A stretch of 64,000 nucleotides of DNA from contig NC_086386.1 of assembly GCF_036588685.1 (NCBI RefSeq), positions 61,070,001-61,134,000 on the forward strand, written 5' to 3'. Positions 21,548 through 32,556 of the stretch are shown here, piece by piece. Source of the stretch: Mytilus trossulus (lineage: Eukaryota). A program made the position numbers and the translations under genes. The notes under the pieces are model-generated. The model did no database searches. It saw only the letters and a program-made list of their open reading frames with translations, and had not been told where the DNA came from. Every line of letters starts with the position of its first letter. Within the stretch, counting starts at the first letter, position 1.

Positions 21548-22168
21548 ATATATATATATATATGTTTGTTGTCATTTGTAATCATTTAGATGCAGCTCCC
21601 TTGTAACATTTTAATGACACTAACAATCGTATTCGGTTTCTAAAAACTTATTATGTTAAAGAATACTTCGGTTGATGATCTTTGTGCCATACAAAAAGTT
21701 GTACCAACCTCGACTTCGTCTCGGATAACATTTATATATTTAGATGCAGTCTACCAAAACACACTAAACTATCGACAAATAGTTTATTCTATGTAAAACA
21801 CAGTTTAATATAAAAATAAGGAGAATTTTGAATAACCAAATCTGAAAATGAATTAGACAAAATACATAAATCTAAAGCTGAAAACCGAAAAAGCTTGCTT
21901 AACAAGTTGGACAACTATTTCTCTAAACAGCACCAATCTTTATTAAAAGTCGGTCAATTTTGAAGCTGTGTTTACTTAAAAGTGAAACTATTGTACCTAT
22001 CAATACAATAGCATGATATATACATACAAGAGGTATACTATTTCAGTATGATATTACAAGGGACACGGTAACATATTTAAGATCAGAACATGCATAAAGT
22101 ATACACTGCTAGGACAAACATTAAACACACTCGGAAGAAACGATAGATTAATTTCTAAAGAGGACAGT

Positions 22169-23443
22169 ATGCCTCTTTTCTTCTTCGTGTCTGTTCTGAT
22201 TTGGTGTGGAGAAATATGTATGACGCAATGTTCCAGTTGGGGTATGTAAAATAGAATATACAACTATATTATCATGATCCTTGTCCAATCAGAAGAAGGA
22301 TTTGCAAAATTTGGTCGTTTTTTACGCCACAATATTTTCTCGTATTAAAAACAAACGCATGTGCATATCTAGCTTTTAAAAGAGTAAGAATATCCAGCCT
22401 GTTAAAAAAAAGCGAATCGAGTTATATATACAACACCATCATGACATGCATGATCAAAATAAAACTTGCCACTCTGGTTCACTGGTTAACATATTAAGAA
22501 TATCTTATATGCATACACCCCCTTTTCAAAAATTCGCACCTGGAGTGATAGAACTAATTTTAATCAGATTAATTACTACAGTGTATCGACGATAAATTGT
22601 GCCAATGATAGTAAATTGATTACAATGGTAAAAAAAATCTTCACTAGCACTGTCGGAACATTGAAATTACAGCTGCAACATACCAGTCATGTGCAACTTC
22701 TTACAATATCTTACCATATCATTTATGTTCCGATACACATTTTAATATGCACCCACCATTCCATATAGCATCGTCCCTTTGTGCCTCCTGCAGTTCAGCT
22801 AAATATATAGTTAGCCTACTTTCTAGGGGTGTGTCAGAGACGAAGGTTTTATAAATACTCCTGTATATTATAATACATGAAAACTGTTGTTTCTTTTTTG
22901 TGTTTGTAACTATGTTTACTGTTGTTTTATTTTATATTTGTACAAGAATAATATTATAATGATATCATAGCATGCTCCTTGTGACTCACAAGTTGTGAGC
23001 CCAGTTTATGGAAATAAAGCATATTCTTCTTCTTTTCTATTGATTTTTTAGGTGCGTCGGGTTTCTCAGCTTCTATAAGTAAAAGTAAACACGTGGTCAG
23101 AGGAGGCATCATAAGATTTGACAAAGTATGGAGCAACATAGGGAACAATTTTGATCAATATTCTAGTGTGTATACAGCTCCAAGAAATGGCGCATACCAT
23201 TTCTCATGTACCGTAATGTCTCATAGAAACAATGCTATTCGAGTCAATCTGTGGAAAAATCACTCAAAGACTGTTGCAGTTTACTCGAATAGTCACTATG
23301 GTGGTACACTCAATATGGTACTTGACCTAAAGAGAGGAGACAGGGTGTACATTAAACAAGGTCATGTTGAAAACTACATATATGCTGAACCTGATTATCA
23401 TTTCAGTATGTTTTCTGGCTTTCTCATTCAAGTTCATGAGTAA
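22169..23443 (+). CDS. C1q-domain-containing protein 2 (secreted globular C1q), 2 recognisable coding exons
   Basis: Exon 1 22169-22241 (MPLFFFVSVLIWCGEICMTQCSSW, paralogous to gene 1 exon 1, GTATGT donor). Exon 2 23052-23443 (gC1q, closely similar to gene 1). The phase-1 join keeps the frame. AATAAA at 23488. Confidence 0.87.
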
Positions 23444-24975
23444 CTTTTTGAACTAAATCAGAATATTTGCGATGAATATAAATAAGTAATAAAATACTTG
23501 CATTTATTTCTTAGACTACATTGTTTTATTATTCAAAAATTAATAAACATTCTGTACTTGCTTGTCTCAGTGGTTGTCGTTTGCCACGGGTCATATATGA
23601 GTAAAAAAGACTAGCTACAACGTAGACCTATATGCACGTGTAGTTAATAAATAAAAAAAACTGTTATGAAACAGACACACATCTATCTATGATACTAGAT
23701 ACGAAATAAATACCGAAGGTCGGCCTCTGATGAAGGTTTACTTGGGAATACTCCCGAAAAAACCCGAAACATTGCATATTAAATTCTTAAGAATTAAGCG
23801 ATAAAAAGTACGTAGTGTCAGGTCAGAAATATTGATACCATACCATGAATAAGTGGGTTTATGGTCAATTTATAAAACTATATGATATTTTTTAATTGGC
23901 CTGTGGTTTTGTTAATAAACAATGCCGTTAGTTTTCCTGTACGAATTGTTTTACATTTGACATTTTACGATCATTTGTTTAGCTTAGTATGCTGTATTGG
24001 TTTTGCTCATTGTTGGGGGTCGTATACGGTCACTTATTGTTAGATGGACTCTTGTTGGGAGTTGTCTAATTGACAATCTTACCACAACTCTTAAGTTGTA
24101 TATATGAGAAATCGTGCATTTGATTGTGGATTTCGCAAAGGTCGGATTGATTGTCCCAGTTTGAATATATATGTTTAGTCCCTCTCGTTTTATATCAGCT
24201 CTTCGACGCTCGTATTGGATTTTGGAATTCCGAATATTTTGACCTTCAGATTATCTGAAAACAATTTATTTTTCGAGATTCAGTGAGAAGTTGTTTCCTA
24301 TGTCTTAACCAAACCCCTTTCCATTCCGGACTATGCACCTCCGTGCAGCATTGTTATAGGTGCATGTTTCAAGTACTACTAACTAATCAACCATTCAACC
24401 TCTCCACATTATTGTGACTATACCTAGAAGTTGCTGTATTTATAATAGTCACTTTTTTTTCTAGATATACAATATGTGTACATTGTCGGAAAACAAAACA
24501 AAAATATTTGTACGTGCTTTAGAAATAAGACAAAAAGCGAGGTTCGCCAACCAAATCTCAGTCTAGTTGTGCAGCGGGTACAAACAAATTTTATATTTCC
24601 GACTATGTTGTTTTTTATTTTGCAATTTATCCCCAGCACTTGAAGCTTTATATATTAGTATTTGTCTAAATTGAAATAGTTGTCTCTCATTTTTCAAAAA
24701 AAACCAAAAAACGACATACTTTAAACGCCGACATCGAAGAAGAACGGTTACCACAAATAAACTGTTATGCTACAATAAATATTCACATTATAACTTGCTC
24801 AAGATGGAAAAAGGTAGACTAAAAAATACCAAACTCCGAGGATAATTAAAAACGGAAGGTCCTTTATAATATTGCAAAATCAAAAGCTCAAAAACATCAA
24901 ACTATTCAATGGAAAACTACTATCATGTGAAGCGGGATAACAGGAGACTTTATTTGAACAAGTACATATAAAGCA

Positions 24976-26840
24976 ATAGATTAGCTCATTGGGTAGATGA
25001 TAACAATGTACTGGCGGACGAGCAGAATGGTTTCCGGCAACAACGTAGTACAATTGACCAATTGTCTAGTCTTACTAATTTGATTGATGTAAGAAAAAAA
25101 CTTCGTAAATCAACCTTTTGCGCCTTTATTGATTTTAAAAAGGCTTACGACACTATACAAAGGGATATTTTATGGTATAAATTAAATAAAATGGGTGTTG
25201 CACAGACTTTTTGTTCTGCTATTAAGTCAATTTATACAAATGTTTTATGTTCTGTAAGAATAAACGGTCATTTCACAGACTGGTTTGATGTTAACTGTGG
25301 CTTGAAACAAGGATGTCCCTTGTCGCCCATTTTGTTCAACTTGTATATTAATGATTTAGTTACATTTCTTAAGTCCTTTGACTGCGGAATAGAAATAGGT
25401 GATGAAAAACTATGTATTTTGTTATATGCTGATGACGTTGTAATTATAGCAAACGATGAAAAAGAACTTCAACTTATGTTAAATGCTTTATCTACATGGT
25501 GTAAAGACAATTGTATGAAAATTAATGCAAACAAGAGTAACATTGTACATTTTAGACCGCCATCTATACCTAGATCTGGTGTAATTTTTAATTGTAATGG
25601 TCATACTATTAAGTTTTCTAGTAATTATACTTATCTTGGTCTCGTTTTAAACGAGCATTTAGACTATAATGTTACTGCAAAAGCCGTTGCATCTTCAGCA
25701 AATAGGGCTTTAGGGTTGGTAATAGCCAAGTGTAAACTTTTAGGTGGTGTTTGTTTCGATGTATTTGTAAAATTATATGAAAGTTTAGTTTGTCCTATAA
25801 TAGAATATGGAGCAGGTATATGGGGTGTAAAATCATATTCTTGTATTAACTCCATTCATAATAGGGCTTGTAGATTTTTTCTCGGTGTAGGAAAATATGC
25901 ACCAAATGCTGCAGTTACTGGAGACTTAGGTATAACACCTATTTTTGATAAGCAGTGGAAAAGTATTATTCGTTTGTGGTGTAGATTAAATAACATGAGC
26001 TCAAACCGTTTAAATGCGAAAGTTCACAAGTGGGCTGATAGTATGAGTATTAAGCATAAGTGTGTCAAAAACTGGAATTTTGTAGTAAAGAAAACCTTCT
26101 GTGAACTAAATTTAAGTCATTTATCGTGTCCTGAAAATATGGACACTAACTATGTTATAAAAAATTTTATGTCAAAATTACATAGAAAACATGTCGATAA
26201 TTGGCATGCTGTTTTGCATTCTGATAAATCTATATCGGGTAGAGGTGGCAATAAGCTACGAACTTACAGACTGTTTAAGGAAAATTTTGAACCAGAGGAA
26301 TACTGCAAAATAGCTTTACCCTTCAGTCACAGAAGTGCTTTCGCCAAATTTAGATGTGGTGTTGCTCCCCTTAGAATTGAAACAGGGAGATATGAAAATA
26401 TTGTTTTAGAAAATAGAGTGTGCCATATATGTGACGTTTTTATTGAAGATGAAGCGCATGTTTTATTAAGATGTCCTCTTTATGACGATTTTAGAAACCA
26501 TTTATATCATGTTGCTGAAACTTTTAATGATAATTTTGATACTTTAGATGATAATCAAAAGTTAGTGTTTTTATTCTCAGATGTAAATATGATTCGTGTG
26601 TGTGCCAAAACCTGTCATTTAATTTTAAAAAGACGTAGGAATTTTATATATTGTACATAATATTTTATTTCATATTATGTATTATTATTATCTATGCATT
26701 TTAATAGTCTCTTATAATTCTGTATAGAATGGCTCTCATTTTATTTAGTGTTATTTTACAATGTTACTATTGTATAAAGATTGATTGTACTTGTTGAGAG
26801 ATGAGACTTTAATAAAACATTGAATTGAATTGAATTGAAT
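24976..26840 (+). mobile_element. 5'-truncated non-LTR retrotransposon (CR1/L2-group LINE)
   Basis: RT homology from ~24972 (EQNGFR..RSTIDQ), 3' UTR with AATAAA and a (TTGAA)4 tail. 9-bp TSD TATAAAGCA at 24967-24975 and 26841-26849. Confidence 0.9.
25062..26660 (+). CDS. LINE ORF2 fragment: reverse transcriptase and C-terminal Cys/His domain
   Basis: FIDFKKAYD, GLKQGCPLSPILF, LLYADD, YTYLG, C..C....EDE.H....C. Uninterrupted frame, but no APE endonuclease domain and no true start codon. Confidence 0.88.
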   Translation: MSSLTNLIDVRKKLRKSTFCAFIDFKKAYDTIQRDILWYKLNKMGVAQTFCSAIKSIYTNVLCSVRINGHFTDWFDVNCGLKQGCPLSPILFNLYINDLVTFLKSFDCGIEIGDEKLCILLYADDVVIIANDEKELQLMLNALSTWCKDNCMKINANKSNIVHFRPPSIPRSGVIFNCNGHTIKFSSNYTYLGLVLNEHLDYNVTAKAVASSANRALGLVIAKCKLLGGVCFDVFVKLYESLVCPIIEYGAGIWGVKSYSCINSIHNRACRFFLGVGKYAPNAAVTGDLGITPIFDKQWKSIIRLWCRLNNMSSNRLNAKVHKWADSMSIKHKCVKNWNFVVKKTFCELNLSHLSCPENMDTNYVIKNFMSKLHRKHVDNWHAVLHSDKSISGRGGNKLRTYRLFKENFEPEEYCKIALPFSHRSAFAKFRCGVAPLRIETGRYENIVLENRVCHICDVFIEDEAHVLLRCPLYDDFRNHLYHVAETFNDNFDTLDDNQKLVFLFSDVNMIRVCAKTCHLILKRRRNFIYCT

Positions 26841-28248
26841 TATAAAGCATCAATTTATTTGTGTAACTGTTTTTTTTACCGAGCGTGCCAGACCTTCTCG
26901 GTTAGTCAAAGTCGTTTAGTTCCCCCTATAGTAGAAGTGTACCTGTAATTTCTACAATAGTTGGCCAATTGCGGGATGGTATCTTTTAATTATATTACAG
27001 TCGATTGCATTGAGTGTGTAGGTAAAGGAAATATGTTTTGCTAGCTTGCTTGCTTATTGAACCCTGAAGTCATCCCTAGGTTATGTAAACTACATAAAGA
27101 CTTGGAGAATGATCAAAGAACTTAACACGATTATGTTGAAAACAAATTTAACATGCCGCAATACGCATTTTACATGTAGATATGTTTCCAGGAAAAATAC
27201 GTTGGTAATAATATGAGAATAAGAAGATGTGGTATGAATGCCAATGAGACAACTATTCACCACAGTTCAAATAAAGTGGATGTAAACAATTAGAGGCATG
27301 CAACCGTGCGGCCTCATTCGGCCTTCAACAATAAGAATAACCCATGCTGTATGGTCGGCTATTTAAGGCCCCGACATGAAAAATGAAAATAATCAATTTG
27401 GAAAATTGACGGTATAATTTATAACAAACTTCATGAAAAGCAAATATGACAGACATGCACTAACGACAACCACTGATCGAACTACAGGTTCCTGACTTAA
27501 GACAGACACATATAGAATGTGGCGGTGTAAACATATTTTAGCGCTCAACACTAACCTGGGATAGTGATGTAACAGAACAAAACAAAAAAAAAACTGTAAA
27601 AATCAGATGAAAAAATTTTAACTCGTCGGATAGATACAAAGAAAAATATAACCGTTGAAGGACAATAACTCTACACAAAACTATCAGACTGGAAAAAAAT
27701 TCAAACTTGGACTGTAACTTGTCATGATTAAACTATATACAATTATCAAGTCAATATCTTCAAGAATGTCCAAAACTGATTACTAATAAGTGAATTTTTC
27801 TAAGCCAAAGGACCATAACTCTGCACAAAATCATCATGCAGACGGGAGTGAAATTCGAACTTGATCTTGATCTGTAACTTGTCACGATAAAAAAATACAA
27901 CAAATATCAAATCAATATCTTCAAGTATGAAGAAAAAAAGTGTGGAAAACTGATTTGCCGGACCGACGGATGGACAGACAGACATATCTACAAATATAAC
28001 GAAACATCCAATCAATATATATAACCTGTCAAAAATTTGCATTTATAAAACACTTAAGATAAATTTTATTGATTATTTACAGTACTTATTTAACAAATAC
28101 AAAATTAATACAAAATGGAATATGAACTTTAACAGTCTGGTATTTCAAAATGATAATATGACAATGGTTTAATATATGAACCAAATAAATCTGAATGACA
28201 TTATTCTAGAGTCAACTATGGTATTTTTTTCTTGTTCAATTTTTTTTT

Positions 28249-30067
28249 TCAGCTATCTTCTTTCTTTTCTTGTTCAGTGTTAACTTCTTTGTTTTCTTGT
28301 TCAATCTGTTTTCGTTCAATGTTAACGATGCGTTCCTTCGATTCTTCAGCTCCTTTTGCTCTGCCTTGAATCATTAACATACCTTCTTCCGATAAAGTAG
28401 AAGTTATTCCATCTACATCAATATTCTAAAAGAGAAATTAAAACATGATAACAGTTTGCCAATGGTGATGAATAAGATTAATTATTAGTCATAAGCATAG
28501 AAATGGGGGGGGGGGGGGGGGGGGGTCAGATTTAAATATAAATAATAAGCACTGTAAATGCAAAATAGGAGCTAGCCCTGGCTGCCCTAATATCATTTAG
28601 AATTATGACAAACAACAGTTCACATATTACACAACACATAATACTTATATGAAGCCCGGCAACACGAAACCCCAATAAGGAGTGATCAAGCTTCGAAATG
28701 GGTAACATGGATCTTGCTCAACATGTGGTACCCGTAGTGTTAAACTCTCGTTGAACTTCACAATATTACTTTTTATTTATCAAATTGTTTAAACCGTTTG
28801 CTCGATTGCCGTGCTAATCATACATTTTAAATTTATAAAGAACCAAGTTGAACCAAGTCAGGAAATGACAATTGTTTTCCGTTCGTGTTTGGGCGTTTGA
28901 ATTTGTCATTTGATGAACCGTTACTTGTTGTTTGGAATTTTCTTTATTATTTTACGTTTTAAAACGAATTACCTCTGGAATAACAAATTCCCGTGTAAAT
29001 TCTCGTGTAATGAAACCATGATTATCTTCTTTCTGTTCGTGTTTTCCTTTGATGATCAGTCTGTCTTCAGCTATGGTGACATTAAGTTCCTCTGGTTCAT
29101 ACATAGATAGGTCTAATTTTATTTCCAGCTTCTTGCTGTCATATTTGACCTAATGAAATAAAACAAGAATTGTGCTCAATTAATATTTTCAACAGGTAGG
29201 TTTTTTGTTCACTGTGATCTTAGAAATTCATGACAATATTCAACAACAAAAAATGCAAACCTTTGCTCTTTATTAACAAAGGTTTAACTAGTTAAACTTG
29301 TACTTGTACATGAGCAGATGCTGTCCATAGGACAATTTGGTTGGTTATATGAGAAATCATTGAAGCATGACTGAAGCCCCCCCCCCCCCCCCCCCCCCCC
29401 TCCCCGCTTTATTTTTTTAGCCTGGTTAGTCAGTGGGGCCTCCTTATGAAAAGTTTTGGATCCGTAACTGCTGTCTACGATTTTTTAATTCCGCCTCTAT
29501 TAAGCATTTCTGAGAAACAACGTATATTTGGGTATATTTGGATATATTTGTTTGAAAAATATTGATATTAGTTGAACATGTTGAAATGATAGGACATTCA
29601 GTTTGGACATGTTGGAGTTGGAACTTACTTTTGTCCTAGCTATGACTGTATATAATTCCGTCGGATATCCGATAATAAATTATCTAATTGTTGTCTTTAT
29701 AATGAGCGAATTCTAAATCAATTTTCTTTTTCCAAATTCAATTAGAATATAAAAAAAAACCACACTATTTTATACCGAAATTATAAAGACTTACTTCTGC
29801 GACTTCAGATTTTGCAAATGCCTCAGCTACTTCCTTTGATCTAACAAAATCCTCATTATACCATGGACTTCGGGTAAAATTGTCAAACATCTTCGCCATG
29901 TCCCGAAATTGAGATTCAAAAGGTTTGACGAAAAAGTTGTCATTTCTAACAGAATCCCAGGGATCTCTTCGATGCCAAAACATTGGTACATTTCTCCTGG
30001 AACTCATCCACCTCGGACTGCAGCTAGTTATATGGCGGCATGCTCTTGGGATAAATTTCACCAACAT
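28249..30067 (-). CDS. Small heat-shock protein (HSP20/alpha-crystallin family), 208 aa, 3 exons
   Basis: Exons 30067-29795, 29149-28973 and 28425-28249, all GT-AG phase 0. Alpha-crystallin domain LDLSMYEPEELNV...GKHEQKEDNHGFITREFTREFVIPENIDVDGITSTLSEEGML, followed by an IXI-like ERIVNI motif. Confidence 0.92.
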
Positions 30068-30148
30068 CTTTGCAGCTTGTCGTTTTCTTTCTGATGAAAT
30101 CTTTCAAAAGTTTGCGAATAAATAGTCAGCTGATTACATAATACTAGT

Positions 30149-30270
30149 ACGCAAATTCTTGAGCTTTCTATAAATAACACGCAAATTCCCGATTTTTCTA
30201 TATAAAGTTCAAGGTTTGTTATTGGGGTATCGTGTTAAAATTCGAAAAGCTCCGAGTATATCCGAACTAA
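30149..30270 (-). promoter_or_regulatory. sHSP promoter with imperfect heat-shock elements and TATA-like motifs
   Basis: aTTCt-tGAGc-tTTCt (30155-30169) and aTTCc-cGATt-tTTCt (30185-30199) lie in a 30-bp duplication. A further degenerate nTTCn/nGAAn array is at ~30240-30265. Confidence 0.45.
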
Positions 30271-30991
30271 TCTTAAAATAATGATTTGAGTTATTTCCCT
30301 TTACCCATGGAAACTTAAAAATTATTTTTTTGGGAAAGAAAATTTTACTCTTAATTTATATCAGAAGTCTGTTGCAACATGTGCAAGGACTCTAGACTTC
30401 TGTAATTATTAAATTGACCAAAAATAAACTAAACATGATTAATTTTACATGCACAGAACTCAGTGCACAATTTTCTATACAGCTTAAAGATGTACTTGCG
30501 GAGAAAGATTATATATGTAGGGGGAAGTCAAAAACTTTACAATTCAACAACATGAAAAAAAATATCGAATTGGTTATTGGGCACAATATGGCTTATAACG
30601 TGATTCTTCTAAATTCTAAAGTTATAACTGAAAATGTCAGAAAAAAAGAAGAAGCTGATCATTAGTCTCTTTCTATTGTATACAAACAATTTGTAAATTA
30701 GTGAACTTTCCTTAAATCAATGGAAACATTTTTTGAAAAAAACAAACTAAAAAACTTAGCTGATATTAATTTGACCAATCCAAAACCACGTTATAAATCA
30801 GTCACAATTGGTAAACGTGTCATGGAAGATCACATGTTATTGCAAACCAAATTAATTTGTCTCTGGTTTTACATCCCTGACATCGAAGTACACTACAGCA
30901 AAAATCATTGCGTATTGGACATGGATGCATAGCAACCACACTTGAAAACAATTTTATCGTATTAAACGTTCACGAGAAAAATCTTTCAGAG

Positions 30992-31638
30992 AAAGGAGTA
31001 GGTTCAGTAAGACCCCTTTTTGGCCCCAAAATATAAAGCAGTTTTAGAAAATTGTGAAAATGTAATCTTAAAGCAATATTTTGAAGAGTAAAATGCTTCT
31101 GCTACATAAATATGAGCTGTTTTTGACAATACAATGCAAACATATCGCGTTCTAGCACCATTAAGTCATGCTAAATTACCGAAATCTTGAAAATTTTAGC
31201 ATTTTGATTAACTTTCAGACCATTTTAGACGGAAACAATGAAAGTGGCCGCATTCGTCTTCATTCATAATATTGAAATGTAAGTTGTATTTGATGATAAA
31301 ACAAAACATATATTAAGGTTGAGGATGAACACGGATGAGGCCACTTTCATTTTTGACAAAAACCATCCGAAAAGTGACGTTTTTGCATATTTGATAGATT
31401 TCTCATATTTAAAATTTTAAGCTTGAATCAGAGCGTTTTTAATGACTAAATCAGTTAAAATCTTTCACATAAACTAATCGAATCAATTGAAAATAGACAC
31501 TTAAGAGTCTAAAAGCTTTCGTTAGATCAAGGAGGAAGGAGGTTATATATAACCATATATAACCTCCTTGATAACCTCCTTGGTTATATGAACCTGAAAT
31601 TTGAGGCCAAAATCGGCCCTTACCGGACCTACTCCTTT
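30992..31638. mobile_element. MITE with ~35-bp imperfect TIRs, containing a nested 55-bp fold-back insertion
   Basis: aaaggagtaggttcagtaag... / ...cttaccggacctactccttt. Internal inverted repeat at ~31240-31350. Nested CAAGGAGG...CCTCCTTG at 31528-31582. Confidence 0.75.
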
Positions 31639-31870
31639 GTTCTCCTTAAAATTCCAGTTCTGATCTCCAAACATGGAAAGCAGGCTATTTGGGCTCATTC
31701 ATATTGTTTTCCCCCTGCATTGCATTTGTCATGATTTTTTATGACAAAGTTTTTGTTTTCCCTACCACCAACTCAACATCATCTTTCGGTGCCAAAGCAT
31801 TACAGTGTCCATGGATATGGATTCCTACCACTGCTGAGCAAAGATTTTACCAAAATCTAGTATAACTAAC

Positions 31871-32556
31871 TGTAATAGATGTGCTTTGATGTGCCTGATT
31901 AATTCCCCTTAATTTGGACAAATTAATTATTTAGTATTTAAATGTTTATTTTAGGTTTGATTTGGTTTAAACATAGTAAGATAAAAGTAAGGTTTATTTA
32001 TTTAACTGTTTTAGTATTTAACTTTTGATGTTTTTATAATGTTTTAAGAATATTCATTTATTTAACTTTTCTTCAGTACCTTTTATGTTAAAGTTAGCCT
32101 GTTTAATGACAAGTTTAGGATATCATTTGATATTCAGTCGGAGTCGGCCTTGCACAGGCCTCCAAATACTCGCCGGAACTAATATTAGTACTAATCGAGT
32201 CTAGAGTTAGTCACCCTTTTTGGTGCAATTTTACCACTTTAAAACACAACGCGAAGCAAATTTACCTTATTTTAATTAAAAGACTAACTCTGGGAACACT
32301 CCATTTTTCATTTTACATTTGAAATTACTTTATTTTTGAACTCCATTTTAGAAAGTTTTCTGACTCCTGTTTATTTCCGACTTTGTTTAATATTCATGCA
32401 ATTACTGTACATTTGTGAATAAAATTATAGTTTCATTTGATTCATTGTCTGTTGTTCAGCCATAATCTGATATCAGGTATCCCAATGGTCGAATAGGGGC
32501 GAAGTACTGGCCGCTACACGTCCCGGGAGGTGTCGTCACCGACCCCCTCCGTTACA
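31871..32556 (+). mobile_element. Solo LTR, 686 bp
   Basis: TGTAA...TTACA termini, 5-bp TSD CTAAC (31866-31870 and 32557-32561), internal AATAAA at ~32418. Confidence 0.8.

Noticed and set aside
23727-23776. Isolated hammerhead-like CTGATGA...GAAAC
   Set aside because: Stem II is plausible, but there is no NUH triplet in register and no stem I. Probably a decayed remnant or chance.
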